Numbered from the stretch's first letter, positions 30,310 to 39,647 are shown. The stretch is 64,000 nucleotides of DNA from Rhizobacter sp. (GCA_023954175.1 JAMLIM010000008.1:12623-76622); one strand, 5' to 3'. Translations and numbers: made by a program. The notes: a model not told the origin generated them from the sequence alone.

Positions 30310-31793
30310 CAACGCGCCCCGCCGAACAACTGGCTCGCCGCGAGGGCGGCCGAGTTCAGTGTGAATGAGGTGTCGATGCCGAAGTAGATCGTCGCCGCGA
30401 CGAGCACCGCCGACGGCGCGAGCAACTGCCAGCGAATCCGCTGGATCGGTGGCGCGTCGGCCGGCGCCGTGCCGAAGTAGGCCGCCTCGACGAAACGCCA
30501 GACATAGACGATCGCGAGCAGCGAGGACAGCACGATCATGAACACCAGCCACCACTGGCCGCGCTCGATCGCCGCCTGCACCAGCACCCACTTGCTGATG
30601 AAGCCCGCGGTGCCGGGCACGCCGATCAGCGACAGGCCGCAGATCACGATGCCGAGGCTGGTGATCGGCATCGAGCGCCCGATCCCCTGGATGCGCGCGA
30701 CGGTGACGCCGCCGGCAGACACCGCGATGCCGCCGAGCAGCATGAAGATCGCGCCCTTCGTCACCCCGTGGTTGAACAGGTGCACGATCGAGGCGGTGAG
30801 GCCGGTCACGGTGCCCATCGACAACCCGAGGATGATGTAGCCGACCTGCGCCACGCTCGAGTAGGCGAACAGGCGCTTCATGTCGGCCTGGAAGATCGCG
30901 ACCGTCGAGGCGCCGAACATGCCGGCGAGCGCGAGCAGCAGCAGCATGCCCTGCATCGGCAGCCGCTCGAACACCTGCGTCTCGCCGAACACGGTGAAGT
31001 AGTAGCGCATCAGCACGTAGAGCGCGACCTTGGTCGCGGTCGCGGCGACGAAGGCGGAGACGGCCGACGGCGCATAGGCGTAGGCGTTGGGCAGCCACTG
31101 ATGGAGCGGAAAGACGGCCGCCTTGAGCGAGATGCCGACCGTCAGGAACGCGAGCGCCGCGAGCACCGGCCGCGTGCCGCGCAGCGGCGCCAGGCGCTGC
31201 GCCATGTCGGCCAGGTTCAGCGTGCCCGTCATCAGGTAGAGCAGGCCGACACCGATCACGATGAAGGTCGCGCCGATCGTGCCCATGATCAGGTACTGGT
31301 ACGACGCGAGCAGCGCGCGCCGGTCGTTCGACAGCGCGATCAGCACGTAGGTCGAGAGCGAGGAGATCTCGAGGAAGACGAAGATGTTGAACGCGTCGCC
31401 CGTGATCGTCATGCCGAGCAGGCCGGTCAGGCACAGCGCGAACATCGTGTAGAAGAGGTAGTGCTGCTGCGGCTCGATCTCGGCCGTGATGCTCGCGTGG
31501 CTGTAGGGCAGCACGACGGCCGCGATCGCCGACACCAGTATCAGCACGAAGGACGAGAGCCGATCGACGCGGTACTCGATGCCCCACGGCGGCGGCCAGC
31601 TGCCGATCGCGTAGGACAGCGTGCCCTGCGCCTCGACCTGCAGGTAGAGGCCGATCGCGATCGCGAGCGAGGCCCAGCTCGCCGCGAGCACGATCGCGAA
31701 CGCATAGGCGGGCCGCCGCACGAGGACGGTGAGCGGCGCCGCGAGCAGCGGCACGACAACCTGCAGCACCGGCAAGTGCGCGGCAAGGCTCAT
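30309..31793 (-). CDS. Mrp/NuoL-M-N family antiporter subunit (MrpD-like 1)
   Basis: MSLAAHLPVLQVVVPLLAAPL..., GIEYRVDRLSSFVLILVS (antiporter N-domain), LHQWLPNAYAYAPSAVSAFVAATATKVALYVLMR, FAYSSVAQVGYI. Confidence 0.88.
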   Translation of the reverse strand: MSLAAHLPVLQVVVPLLAAPLTVLVRRPAYAFAIVLAASWASLAIAIGLYLQVEAQGTLSYAIGSWPPPWGIEYRVDRLSSFVLILVSAIAAVVLPYSHASITAEIEPQQHYLFYTMFALCLTGLLGMTITGDAFNIFVFLEISSLSTYVLIALSNDRRALLASYQYLIMGTIGATFIVIGVGLLYLMTGTLNLADMAQRLAPLRGTRPVLAALAFLTVGISLKAAVFPLHQWLPNAYAYAPSAVSAFVAATATKVALYVLMRYYFTVFGETQVFERLPMQGMLLLLALAGMFGASTVAIFQADMKRLFAYSSVAQVGYIILGLSMGTVTGLTASIVHLFNHGVTKGAIFMLLGGIAVSAGGVTVARIQGIGRSMPITSLGIVICGLSLIGVPGTAGFISKWVLVQAAIERGQWWLVFMIVLSSLLAIVYVWRFVEAAYFGTAPADAPPIQRIRWQLLAPSAVLVAATIYFGIDTSFTLNSAALAASQLFGGAR

Positions 31794-31866
31794 CGAAGCC
31801 CCCCGTGGCGCCGGGTGCCGGTTTCCCCGGGAGCGAAGGAATGCGTTGGCAACGGCCCGGCGGCGC

Positions 31867-32259
31867 TCATCGGGCGGGCGGCGCTGCGCCGGCTGCGATG
31901 TCGAGCGCGACGATCTCGTCTTCCTCGATGCTGTCGTAGGCTTCGCGGATGCGCACCACCAGCGCGAGCCCGAGCGCGAGCGTCGCGACGCCGACAACGA
32001 TCGCCGTCAGGATCAGCACGTGCGGCAAGGGGTTCGAGTACGCGCTGAAGGCGTCGCTGATGATCGGCGCCGTGCCGCCGATGATCTTGCTCGGCGCGAT
32101 GTAGAGCAGATAGACCGAGGTCTGGAAGATGCCCAGGCCGATCAGCTTCTTGATGAGGTTGCCGCGAGCGATGACGATGAACAGCCCCGCGATCATCAGG
32201 AACACGGTGACGAAGTAGCTGAAATGCCCGACCAGGGCATCGGGGTCGACCGGCATCAC
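31867..32259 (-). CDS. mrpC: Na+/H+ antiporter subunit C (MrpC/MnhC, NuoK-like)
   Basis: 130 aa, 3 TM helices. GNLIKKLIGLGIFQTSVYLLYI and PLPHVLILTAIVVGVATLALGLAL are NuoK/MnhC-like. The start overlaps the mrpB stop. Confidence 0.85.
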   Translation of the reverse strand: MMPVDPDALVGHFSYFVTVFLMIAGLFIVIARGNLIKKLIGLGIFQTSVYLLYIAPSKIIGGTAPIISDAFSAYSNPLPHVLILTAIVVGVATLALGLALVVRIREAYDSIEEDEIVALDIAAGAAPPAR

Positions 32260-32684
32260 GGCTCGTCCGCCCGGCCGCGGTCGGCGAACATGTAGAAGAT
32301 CTTGAGCATCACGCCCGAGACGGTGATCGCGACACCGGCTTCGACCCAGAAGATGCCGCGCTCCTGGCCGTGGATCGGGTCGGGGTCGAGGACGAAGTAG
32401 TCGAGGAAGTTGCCGCCGAGCAGCAGGCCGACGACGCCGACACCGGCGTAGAGCAGCACGCCGATCGCCATCATCGACTCGACGACCGGCTCGGGGACGG
32501 CCTTGCGCGCGTCCGCGAGGCCGAAGATCAGCGCGTAGAAGATGACGGCCGCGGCCAGGATCACGCCCGCCTGGAAGCCGCCGCCGGGGCCGAAATCGCC
32601 GTGGAACTGCACGTACAGCGCGAACATCACGATGAACGGAATCAGGAGCTTGGCGACGACGCGCAGGACGAGGTCGTTCCTCAT
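32256..32684 (-). CDS. mrpB: Na+/H+ antiporter subunit B (MrpB/MnhB core)
   Basis: MRNDLVLRVVAKLLIPFIVMFALYVQFHGDFGPGGGFQAGVILAAA... is the MnhB signature HG..xPGGGFQxG. There is an ATGA overlap with the upstream gene. Confidence 0.85.
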   Translation of the reverse strand: MRNDLVLRVVAKLLIPFIVMFALYVQFHGDFGPGGGFQAGVILAAAVIFYALIFGLADARKAVPEPVVESMMAIGVLLYAGVGVVGLLLGGNFLDYFVLDPDPIHGQERGIFWVEAGVAITVSGVMLKIFYMFADRGRADEP

Positions 32685-33196
32685 GCCTTGCGCCCCTTGC
32701 GCCGCCGCCGCAGCAGCGCGACGACGCCCGCGCCGGCGGTGAAGACGACGGTCGTCTCGCCGAGCGTGTCGAAGCCGCGGTAGCTCGCGAGCACGGCGGT
32801 GACGATGTTGGGCACGCCGGTCTCCTTGATGCCGTCCTCGAGATAGCGCGGCGCGACGTGGGTGTGGATTGGCGCGTTCGCGTCGGCGAACTCGGGCAGG
32901 CCGAGCGTGCCGTACATCAGCAGCACGCCGACCGCGATCGACGCCGCCAGCGGCGCCCACGGCCGGTGCAGGGGCTTCGCCTCTTCGCTGCGGCACAGGA
33001 AGAGCGCGCCGAGAAAGAGCACGGTCGAGATGCCCGCGCCGACCGAGGCCTCCGTCATCGCCACGTCCACCGCGTCCATCGCGACGAGCAGGGTCGCCAT
33101 CAGGAAGCTGTAGATGCCCGAGAGGACGACGACGCCGAACAGGTTGCGGCTGCGCGCGAGCGTGATGACGATCGCGACCATCATCACGAGCAGCAC
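32681..33196 (-). CDS. MbhD/DUF4040-type membrane protein fused to an MnhB N-terminal segment (split MrpA C-terminus / MrpB')
   Basis: 171 aa with a GTG start. The N-terminal 3-TM part resembles MbhD/MrpA C-terminal modules. The C-terminal NIVTAVLASYRGFDTLGETTVVF is the MnhB-family N-motif. Confidence 0.75.
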   Translation of the reverse strand: MLLVMMVAIVITLARSRNLFGVVVLSGIYSFLMATLLVAMDAVDVAMTEASVGAGISTVLFLGALFLCRSEEAKPLHRPWAPLAASIAVGVLLMYGTLGLPEFADANAPIHTHVAPRYLEDGIKETGVPNIVTAVLASYRGFDTLGETTVVFTAGAGVVALLRRRRKGRKA

Positions 33197-33204
33197 GTTG
33201 ATGA

Positions 33205-33534
33205 TCAGGGCTTCGATGATGCGTCCTCTGGTGGCGCGAGCAGCGGCTCGAGGCCGCGTGTCATCGCGGCGCGCGCGAGCGCATGGGTCGCGGTCGGGCT
33301 GGCGAAGAAGATCAGGAGGCCCATCATCACGAGCTTCGCGCCGACCAGCGTGAGCCCGGCCTGCAACAGCAGCCCGGCGAGCATCAGGCCCGCGCCGAGC
33401 GTCTCGGTCACGCTCGCGGCGTGCATGCGGGTGTAGAAGTCGGGCATGCGCAGCATGCCGACCGCACCGACGACACAGAAGAAGCCGCCACCGACGAGCA
33501 GCACCCAGCTCAGCGCATCGAGCACGGCCGTCAC
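33205..33534 (-). CDS. mrpG: Na+/H+ antiporter subunit G (MrpG/MnhG)
   Basis: GTG start in a GTGA overlap with the mrpF stop. GAVGMLRMPDFYTRMHAASVTETLGAG is the MnhG/PhaG signature. Confidence 0.82.
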   Translation of the reverse strand: MTAVLDALSWVLLVGGGFFCVVGAVGMLRMPDFYTRMHAASVTETLGAGLMLAGLLLQAGLTLVGAKLVMMGLLIFFASPTATHALARAAMTRGLEPLLAPPEDASSKP

Positions 33535-33815
33535 GACGAGGCCTCCTCGTTCGTCCCGGGGTCGCCCAGATCGCCGTAGCGGAAGTACTTCAGCACCGCG
33601 ATCGTGCCGATCACGTTGAGCAGTCCGTAGACGAGCGCCAGGTCGAGGAACTCGGGCCGCCCGGTCAGGAAGCCGATCACCGCCAGCAGCAGCATCGCCA
33701 CCGTGCCGACCGTGTTGGCGGCCTGCACGCGATCGAACACGCTCGGCCCCAGCGCGGCGCGAACGAGCACGAGGGCGAGCGTCACGAGCAGCGCGACGGC
33801 GGCGGCGGCGAACAT
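33531..33815 (-). CDS. mrpF: Na+/H+ antiporter subunit F (MrpF/PhaF)
   Basis: 94 aa, 3 TM helices. MFAAAAVALLVTLALVLVRAALGPSVFDRVQAANTVGT...LVYGLLNVIGTIAVLKYF. There is an ATGA overlap with the mrpE stop. Confidence 0.82.
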   Translation of the reverse strand: MFAAAAVALLVTLALVLVRAALGPSVFDRVQAANTVGTVAMLLLAVIGFLTGRPEFLDLALVYGLLNVIGTIAVLKYFRYGDLGDPGTNEEASS

Positions 33816-34369
33816 CACGCGGCGCGGCCCCCTTCGAAGGCCGTGACACGGCGGTCCATCTCGCTCTCGACGCAGCCCTGCGCGCCCTCGCGCGTGAGGC
33901 CGTGGACGAGGAATTCGTAGGGGCCGGCCTCGATCGTCAACGTGCCCGGCGTCAGGGTGATCGAATTCGCATGCACGACGAGCCCGAGGTCGGAGCGCTG
34001 GCCGGGGTTGAAGCGCACCAGCGTCGGGCTGATCGGCAGGCGCGGGTCGAGGATGATGCGCGTCACGGCCCAGGCCGACTTCGCGATCTCGAGCGCAAGC
34101 CAGGGCCAGTACGTCCAGGCGCGCACGCCCAGATGGATCGGATGGCCCTCGGCGTCGATCACGTCCATGCGCCGGGAGAACCACACCACCGCCAGTGCGC
34201 AGCCGGCGCCCGCCGAAAGCAGGAACGCGGTGAAGTAGCCCGACAGCAGCAGCCAGAACAGGTACAGCGCGGCGAAGAGGCTGACGGATCGGAACACGGG
34301 CGTCGGTATGAGAGGGGAGCGTCCGATTGTAGAAAGAATCAAACCGGTCCCGAACGCGCGTCGCTGCAT
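33815..34369 (-). CDS. mrpE: Na+/H+ antiporter subunit E (MrpE/MnhE)
   Basis: 184 aa. LFAALYLFWLLLSGYFTAFLL, ITLTPGTLTIE and the overall size are typical of MnhE. It is the first gene of the minus-strand operon. Confidence 0.8.
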   Translation of the reverse strand: MQRRAFGTGLILSTIGRSPLIPTPVFRSVSLFAALYLFWLLLSGYFTAFLLSAGAGCALAVVWFSRRMDVIDAEGHPIHLGVRAWTYWPWLALEIAKSAWAVTRIILDPRLPISPTLVRFNPGQRSDLGLVVHANSITLTPGTLTIEAGPYEFLVHGLTREGAQGCVESEMDRRVTAFEGGRAA

Positions 34370-34508
34370 GCGCAGGTGCGGGTTTGCCCCGGGGCGATTA
34401 GGCGCCGGTCTCTAGCGGGCCACGCGCGAATGATGTGAAACTTCGCGCCTGCGATGCGGTCCGACGCCGCTCGGACCGCAGGAAGAACACACGAGAACCC
34501 GCGCACGC

Positions 34509-35015
34509 ATGAAACGAAGAACCCTTCTCAAGCTCGGCATCGGCGGCGTGGCCGTGCTCGCCGTCGTCGGCGGCGGCCTCGCCCTGATGCGGCCAGGCGT
34601 CGTCAAGGGTCACCTGTCGGGCGACGCCCAGATCGTGATGCGCGCGGTGGCGCGCGCCGTGCTCGAAGGCAACCTGCCGGCCGACGCCGTCGATCGCGAG
34701 GCCGCGCTGCACGCACAGATGGGGCGCCTGGACGGCGCGATCGCGGGCTTTCCCGCGGCGATGCAGGCCGAGCTCTCGCAACTGCTGGCGCTGCTCGCGT
34801 CGGCGCCCGGCCGCATCGCGCTGGCCGGGCTCACGACGGCGTGGGAGGAAGCGACCGTCGAAGAGCTGTCGGCCGCGCTGCAGGACATGCGCGTGTCGAA
34901 GATCGCGCTGCGCGAGCAGGCCTACCACGCGCTGCGCGACCTCACCAACGGCGCCTACTTCGCCGATCCGGGCACCTGGCCGATGCTCGGCTACCCGGGG
35001 CCGATGGCGGTCTGA
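34509..35015 (+). CDS. Tat-signal small subunit of a flavoprotein dehydrogenase (gluconate 2-dehydrogenase subunit 3-like)
   Basis: MKRRTLLKLGIGGVAVLAVVGGGLA is a twin-arginine signal. It is 168 aa and lies 17 nt upstream of a GMC flavoprotein gene. Confidence 0.7.
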   Translation: MKRRTLLKLGIGGVAVLAVVGGGLALMRPGVVKGHLSGDAQIVMRAVARAVLEGNLPADAVDREAALHAQMGRLDGAIAGFPAAMQAELSQLLALLASAPGRIALAGLTTAWEEATVEELSAALQDMRVSKIALREQAYHALRDLTNGAYFADPGTWPMLGYPGPMAV

Positions 35016-35032
35016 AGCGAAACGACGAACGA

Positions 35033-36646
35033 ATGAGCACACTTCCCGATCCGATCCTCGACGGCCTGGCGCGCGGCTGGAAGGTCCATGGCGGACGCCA
35101 CGCCGCGTTGCCGGCGCAACTGAGCTGCGATGTCGCGATCGTCGGCACCGGCGCCGGCGCCGGCATCACGGCCGAACTGCTGACGCAGGCGGGGCTCGAC
35201 GTCGTGCTGATCGAGGAAGGCCCGCTCAAGTCGAGCACGGACTTCAATCAGTTGGAGAGCGAGGCCTACCCGAGCCTGTACCAGGAAAGCGCGTCGCGCA
35301 AGACGGCCGACAAGGCGATCAACATCATGCAGGGGCGTTGCGTCGGCGGCTCGACGACCGTCAACTGGACGAGTTCGTTTCGCACGCCGGCGTCGACACT
35401 TCGCTACTGGCAGCAGCACTTCGGCCTGGACGAAATGACCGAAGAGGCGATGGCGCCCTGGTTCGCGCAGGCCGAACGGCGCCTCGCCATCCACCCGTGG
35501 CCACTTGCGCCGAACGAGAACAACGACCTGCTGCGCCGCGGCGCCGCCAGGCTCGGCATCGAAACCCGGGTCATCCCGCGCAACGTCAAGAACTGCTGGG
35601 ACCTCGGCTCCTGCGGCCTCGGGTGCCCGACGAATGCCAAGCAATCGATGCTGCTCACGACCCTGCCGGTGGCGCTCGACAAGGACGCGCGGCTCTTGGT
35701 GCAGACGCGCGCCGAGCGCTTCGAGTTCGCCGACAAGCGCGTTGCAGCGCTGCACTGCGTCGGCGTGAACACGGACGGCACAGCCGCGCCCGGCGCGGCG
35801 ACGCGCATCGTCGCCAAGCACTATGTCGTCGCAGGGGGTGCGATCAACTCGCCGGCGCTGCTGTTGCGCTCCGAAGCGCCCGACCCGCACGCGTTGCTGG
35901 GCAAGCGCACCTTCTTGCATCCGGTCGTCATCATGGCGGCGGTCTTCGAGCAGCAGGTCGCTGGCTGGAGCGGCGCGCCGCAGTCGATCTACTCGGACCA
36001 CTTCCTCGAAACCCTCGCGATCGACGGCCCGATCGGCTACAAGCTCGAGGTGCCGCCGATCCACCCGATCCTGTTCGCCTCGACGCTGCCCGGTTTCGGC
36101 CGGGCGCAGTCGCAGGCGCTGAAGGACACGCCGCATACGCACGCGCTGCTCGCGCTGATGCGCGACGGCTTCAACGCGCAGTCGGTCGGCGGCAGCGTCG
36201 GCCTGCGATCGGACGGCAGCCCGGTGCTCGACTATCCGTTGAACGACTTCGTGATGGAGGGCGCACGCCGCGCTTACCTCAGCATGGCCGAGATCCAGTT
36301 TGCCGCCGGTGCGCGTTCGGTGCAGGCGGTGCACGAGCTGGCCGGCGCCTGGACGAGCTGGGCGCAGGCGCGCGAGGCGATCGGCGTGCTGCCGATGCGG
36401 CCGCTGGCGACGCGCGTCGTCAGCGCCCACGTGATGGGCGGCTGCCCGATGTCCGCGGCCGAAGGGCAGGGCGTCGTGCGGGCCGACGGTCAGCACTGGC
36501 AGCTCGACAACCTGTCGGTGCATGATGGCTCGCTGTTCCCGACCAGCATCGGCGCGAACCCGCAACTCTCGATCTATGGCCTCGTGAACAAGCTCGCGAC
36601 CGGCCTGGCGAAGCGCCTCACGGCGCGCGACGTGGCGCTCGCCTGA
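35033..36646 (+). CDS. GMC family FAD-dependent oxidoreductase (large subunit)
   Basis: CDVAIVGTGAGAGITAELLTQAGLDVVLIEEG (FAD Rossmann), GRCVGGSTTVNW, the C-terminal HVMGGCPM and SLFPTSIGANPQLSIYGL. Confidence 0.9.
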   Translation: MSTLPDPILDGLARGWKVHGGRHAALPAQLSCDVAIVGTGAGAGITAELLTQAGLDVVLIEEGPLKSSTDFNQLESEAYPSLYQESASRKTADKAINIMQGRCVGGSTTVNWTSSFRTPASTLRYWQQHFGLDEMTEEAMAPWFAQAERRLAIHPWPLAPNENNDLLRRGAARLGIETRVIPRNVKNCWDLGSCGLGCPTNAKQSMLLTTLPVALDKDARLLVQTRAERFEFADKRVAALHCVGVNTDGTAAPGAATRIVAKHYVVAGGAINSPALLLRSEAPDPHALLGKRTFLHPVVIMAAVFEQQVAGWSGAPQSIYSDHFLETLAIDGPIGYKLEVPPIHPILFASTLPGFGRAQSQALKDTPHTHALLALMRDGFNAQSVGGSVGLRSDGSPVLDYPLNDFVMEGARRAYLSMAEIQFAAGARSVQAVHELAGAWTSWAQAREAIGVLPMRPLATRVVSAHVMGGCPMSAAEGQGVVRADGQHWQLDNLSVHDGSLFPTSIGANPQLSIYGLVNKLATGLAKRLTARDVALA

Positions 36647-36692
36647 CGCATTGGCTTATCCTTTGTACGACCGCAATGACAGGAGACAGACA

Positions 36693-38342
36693 ATGACCAT
36701 CCCCGGACTGATGATGCAGCAGCCGCTGCTGATTTCCTCGCTGCTCGTGCATGCCGAGCGCCATCATGGCGAGCAGGAGATCGTCTCGCGCCGCGTCGAA
36801 GGCGACATCCACCGCGAGACCTTCCGCGAGCTGGCCGCGCGCTCTCGCCGCATGGCCAATGCGCTGGCCGCGCTCGGCGTCAAGACCGGCGATCGCGTCG
36901 CGACGATCGCCTGGAACGGCCACCGCCACATGGAGCTGTACTACGCCGTCTCGGGATCGGGCGCCGTGCTGCACACGCTCAACCCGCGCCTGCACCCGGA
37001 CCAGGTCGTCTACATCGCCGACCATGCCGAGGACAGCGTGCTGTTCTTCGACCTCACCTTCCTGCCGCTTGTCGAGGCCTTCGCGTCGCGCGTCAAGACG
37101 ATCAAGAAGTTCGTCGTCATGACCGATCGCGCGCACATGCCCAAGGAGAGCAAGGTCCCGGGCCTGCTGTGCTACGAGGAACTGCTCGATGCCGCATCGG
37201 ACGCCTACGTGTGGCCGAACTTCGACGAGAACACCGCCTCGTCGCTGTGCTACACGTCGGGCACCACCGGCAACCCGAAGGGTGTGCTCTACAGCCACCG
37301 CTCGACCGTGCTGCACACCTATGCCGCGGCGCTGCCCGACGCGCTGAACTGCTCGGCGCGCGACGTCATCCTGCCGGTGGTGCCGATGTTCCACGTCAAC
37401 GCCTGGGGCCTGCCCTATGTGGCGTGTGTGGTCGGCGCCAAGCTCGTCTTCCCGGGCGCCGGTCTCGACGGCAAGTCGCTCAACGATCTGTTCGAGTCCG
37501 AGAAAGTCACCGTCTCGGCGGGTGTGCCCACCGTCTGGCAGGGCCTGCTCGCCTACATGGACGCGAACAAGCTGAAGTTCAGCACGATGAACCGCACCGT
37601 GATCGGCGGCTCGGCCTGTCCGCCGGCGATGATGCGCGCGTTCAAGGAGAAGTACCACGTCGACGTGCTGCATGCCTGGGGCATGACGGAGACCAGCCCG
37701 CTCGGCACCGCCTGCGCCTTCAAACCCAAGCACCTCGGGCAAACGCAGGAGGCGCTCTATGGCGTGATGGCCAAGCAGGGCCGCGCCATCTACGGTGTCG
37801 ACATGAAGATCGTCGGCGAGGACGGCGCCGATCTGCCCTGGAACGGCGAAGCATCGGGCGAACTGCTGGTGCGCGGCCCGTGGATCGTGAACCGCTACTT
37901 CAAGGACGAGGGCGGCAACCCGCTCGTGACCGACGCCGACGGCCATGGCTGGTTCCCGACCGGGGACGTCGCCAAGATCGACGCCGACGGTTACATGCAG
38001 ATCACCGACCGCAGCAAGGACGTGATCAAGTCCGGCGGCGAGTGGATCGGCTCGATCGACCTCGAGAACATCGCGATGGCGCATCCGGCGGTCGCGATGG
38101 CGGCGTGCATCGCCGCGCACCACCCGAAGTGGGACGAGCGCCCGTTGCTCGTCGTCGTCAAGAAGCCCGACGCCGCGCTGACGCGCGACGAACTGATCGC
38201 CTTCTTCGACGGCAAGATCGCCAAATGGTGGACCCCGGACGACGTCGTCTTCGTCGACGCGATCCCGCTCGGCGCCACCGGCAAGATGCTGAAGAACCGG
38301 CTGCGCGATCAGTTCAAGGATTACAAGCTGCCGACGGCGTGA
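36693..38342 (+). CDS. medium/long-chain acyl-CoA synthetase (ANL family, DmdB/FadD-like)
   Basis: An AGGAGA RBS precedes MTIPGLMMQQPLLISSLLVHAERHHG..., CYTSGTTGNPKGVLYSH, GWFPTGDVA, SGGEWIGSIDLEN and GATGKMLKNRLR. Confidence 0.9.
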   Translation: MTIPGLMMQQPLLISSLLVHAERHHGEQEIVSRRVEGDIHRETFRELAARSRRMANALAALGVKTGDRVATIAWNGHRHMELYYAVSGSGAVLHTLNPRLHPDQVVYIADHAEDSVLFFDLTFLPLVEAFASRVKTIKKFVVMTDRAHMPKESKVPGLLCYEELLDAASDAYVWPNFDENTASSLCYTSGTTGNPKGVLYSHRSTVLHTYAAALPDALNCSARDVILPVVPMFHVNAWGLPYVACVVGAKLVFPGAGLDGKSLNDLFESEKVTVSAGVPTVWQGLLAYMDANKLKFSTMNRTVIGGSACPPAMMRAFKEKYHVDVLHAWGMTETSPLGTACAFKPKHLGQTQEALYGVMAKQGRAIYGVDMKIVGEDGADLPWNGEASGELLVRGPWIVNRYFKDEGGNPLVTDADGHGWFPTGDVAKIDADGYMQITDRSKDVIKSGGEWIGSIDLENIAMAHPAVAMAACIAAHHPKWDERPLLVVVKKPDAALTRDELIAFFDGKIAKWWTPDDVVFVDAIPLGATGKMLKNRLRDQFKDYKLPTA

Positions 38343-38451
38343 GCCCGGCGCGGCGTCGGAGTTCCCGGAAGAAGTAAGAAAAGGTTCAGAACCCCCTTGA
38401 TTGAGGGGTGGTCATTTCTGACGAACACCACATCATTGGCAGCAGTCGCAC

Positions 38452-38479
38452 TTGACGGTGCGGCGCTTTTCTCTATAGC
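38452..38479 (+). promoter_or_regulatory. candidate sigma-70 promoter for the third PEP-CTERM gene
   Basis: TTGACG - 16 nt - TATAGC, 18 nt upstream of a GAGGAG RBS and the ATG at 38497. Confidence 0.4.
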
Positions 38480-38496
38480 TGCCAGAGGAGTACAAC

Positions 38497-39063
38497 ATGA
38501 CATCGCGATTTCTGAGTTTGGCCGCGGCATTTCTGCTGGCGGTTACAGGTTCCGCCTTCGCCGCAACGAGCGCTGGGTCGTTCGCCGATCGCTCGGCGCC
38601 CAATGCCCGCGCGCCGTTCGACGCACCGCCTCCTGATGTGATCATCGGGCACGCCGGCATGGAGTGGGTCTGGGCAGCGCCTTGTGCTTCCGAGGCGCCA
38701 TCCTGCGGCGCGCCGACGCCGATGTTCGGTTTCGACAACCCGACCATGGACCAATGGGCGACCTGGGCGTCACGCGCTGACCTGATCACCGCGTTCACCG
38801 ATGTGAGCGGCGCCCCGATCTGTGCCTCGGCCTACTTCGGTTCCGGCTACTCCCACTGCGATTTGGGCGACGCGACCAATGGCCATATCTGGCACGCCTA
38901 TCCGAACGGCATCTGCGACCCGTCGTACTTCGACGGTTGCGTCGCGGCCACGACCGAGACGTTCTATGTGCGTGCCGTGCCTGAGCCAGAGACCTATGCG
39001 CTGATGCTGGCGGGCCTCGGCCTCGTCGGCTATGTGGCGCGTCGGCGCAAGCTGCGCACCTGA
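38497..39063 (+). CDS. PEP-CTERM sorting-domain protein (Cys-rich)
   Basis: Signal peptide MTSRFLSLAAAFLLAVTGSAFA, six Cys in the mature part, and the C-terminal VPEPETYALMLAGLGLVGYVARRRKLRT. Confidence 0.85.
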   Translation: MTSRFLSLAAAFLLAVTGSAFAATSAGSFADRSAPNARAPFDAPPPDVIIGHAGMEWVWAAPCASEAPSCGAPTPMFGFDNPTMDQWATWASRADLITAFTDVSGAPICASAYFGSGYSHCDLGDATNGHIWHAYPNGICDPSYFDGCVAATTETFYVRAVPEPETYALMLAGLGLVGYVARRRKLRT

Positions 39064-39194
39064 GCCGCATCGACGGTCCGCTCGGAGCGGATGAGCTGCA
39101 GGGCGCCTTCGGGCGCCCTTTGCATTGGGGCACGTCACGTGCCGGCCTGGGCGATTCGCGACAATGCGATCTCTCAACAACCGGATCTCAAGCC

Positions 39195-39647
39195 ATGTCA
39201 CTGAATCGAAAGCTGCGGACCGTCGCGTTTTGCGCGATGGCGGTCGCCACCCCCTGGGCTTGGGCCCAGACGACCGTCAAGGACGCCTGGGTGCGTGGCA
39301 CGGTCGAGCAACAGAAGTCGACCGGCGCGTTCATGCAGATCACATCCGCCCAGGGCGGCAAGCTCGTCGGTGTGCAGTCGCCGGTGGCGGGCGTCGTCGA
39401 GATCCATGAGATGTCGATGCAGGGCAACGTGATGAACATGCACGCGATTGCCGAACTCGCCTTGCCGGCCGGCAAGCCGGTCGAGCTCAAACCCGGCGGC
39501 TACCACGTGATGATGATGGACCTGAAGCAGACGATGAAGGCCGGCGAGGTCGTGCCGCTGACGCTCGTCGTCGAAGGCAAGGACGGCAAGCGCGAGTCGA
39601 TCGAGGTCAAGGCGCCGGTCAGGGCGCTTGGGGCGACCAAGCACTGA
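39195..39647 (+). CDS. periplasmic copper chaperone PCu(A)C
   Basis: Signal peptide MSLNRKLRTVAFCAMAVATPWAWA. VEIHEMSMQGNVMNMHAI and GGYHVMMMDLK are the H/M copper-binding motifs of the PCuAC (DUF461) family. Confidence 0.85.
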   Translation: MSLNRKLRTVAFCAMAVATPWAWAQTTVKDAWVRGTVEQQKSTGAFMQITSAQGGKLVGVQSPVAGVVEIHEMSMQGNVMNMHAIAELALPAGKPVELKPGGYHVMMMDLKQTMKAGEVVPLTLVVEGKDGKRESIEVKAPVRALGATKH

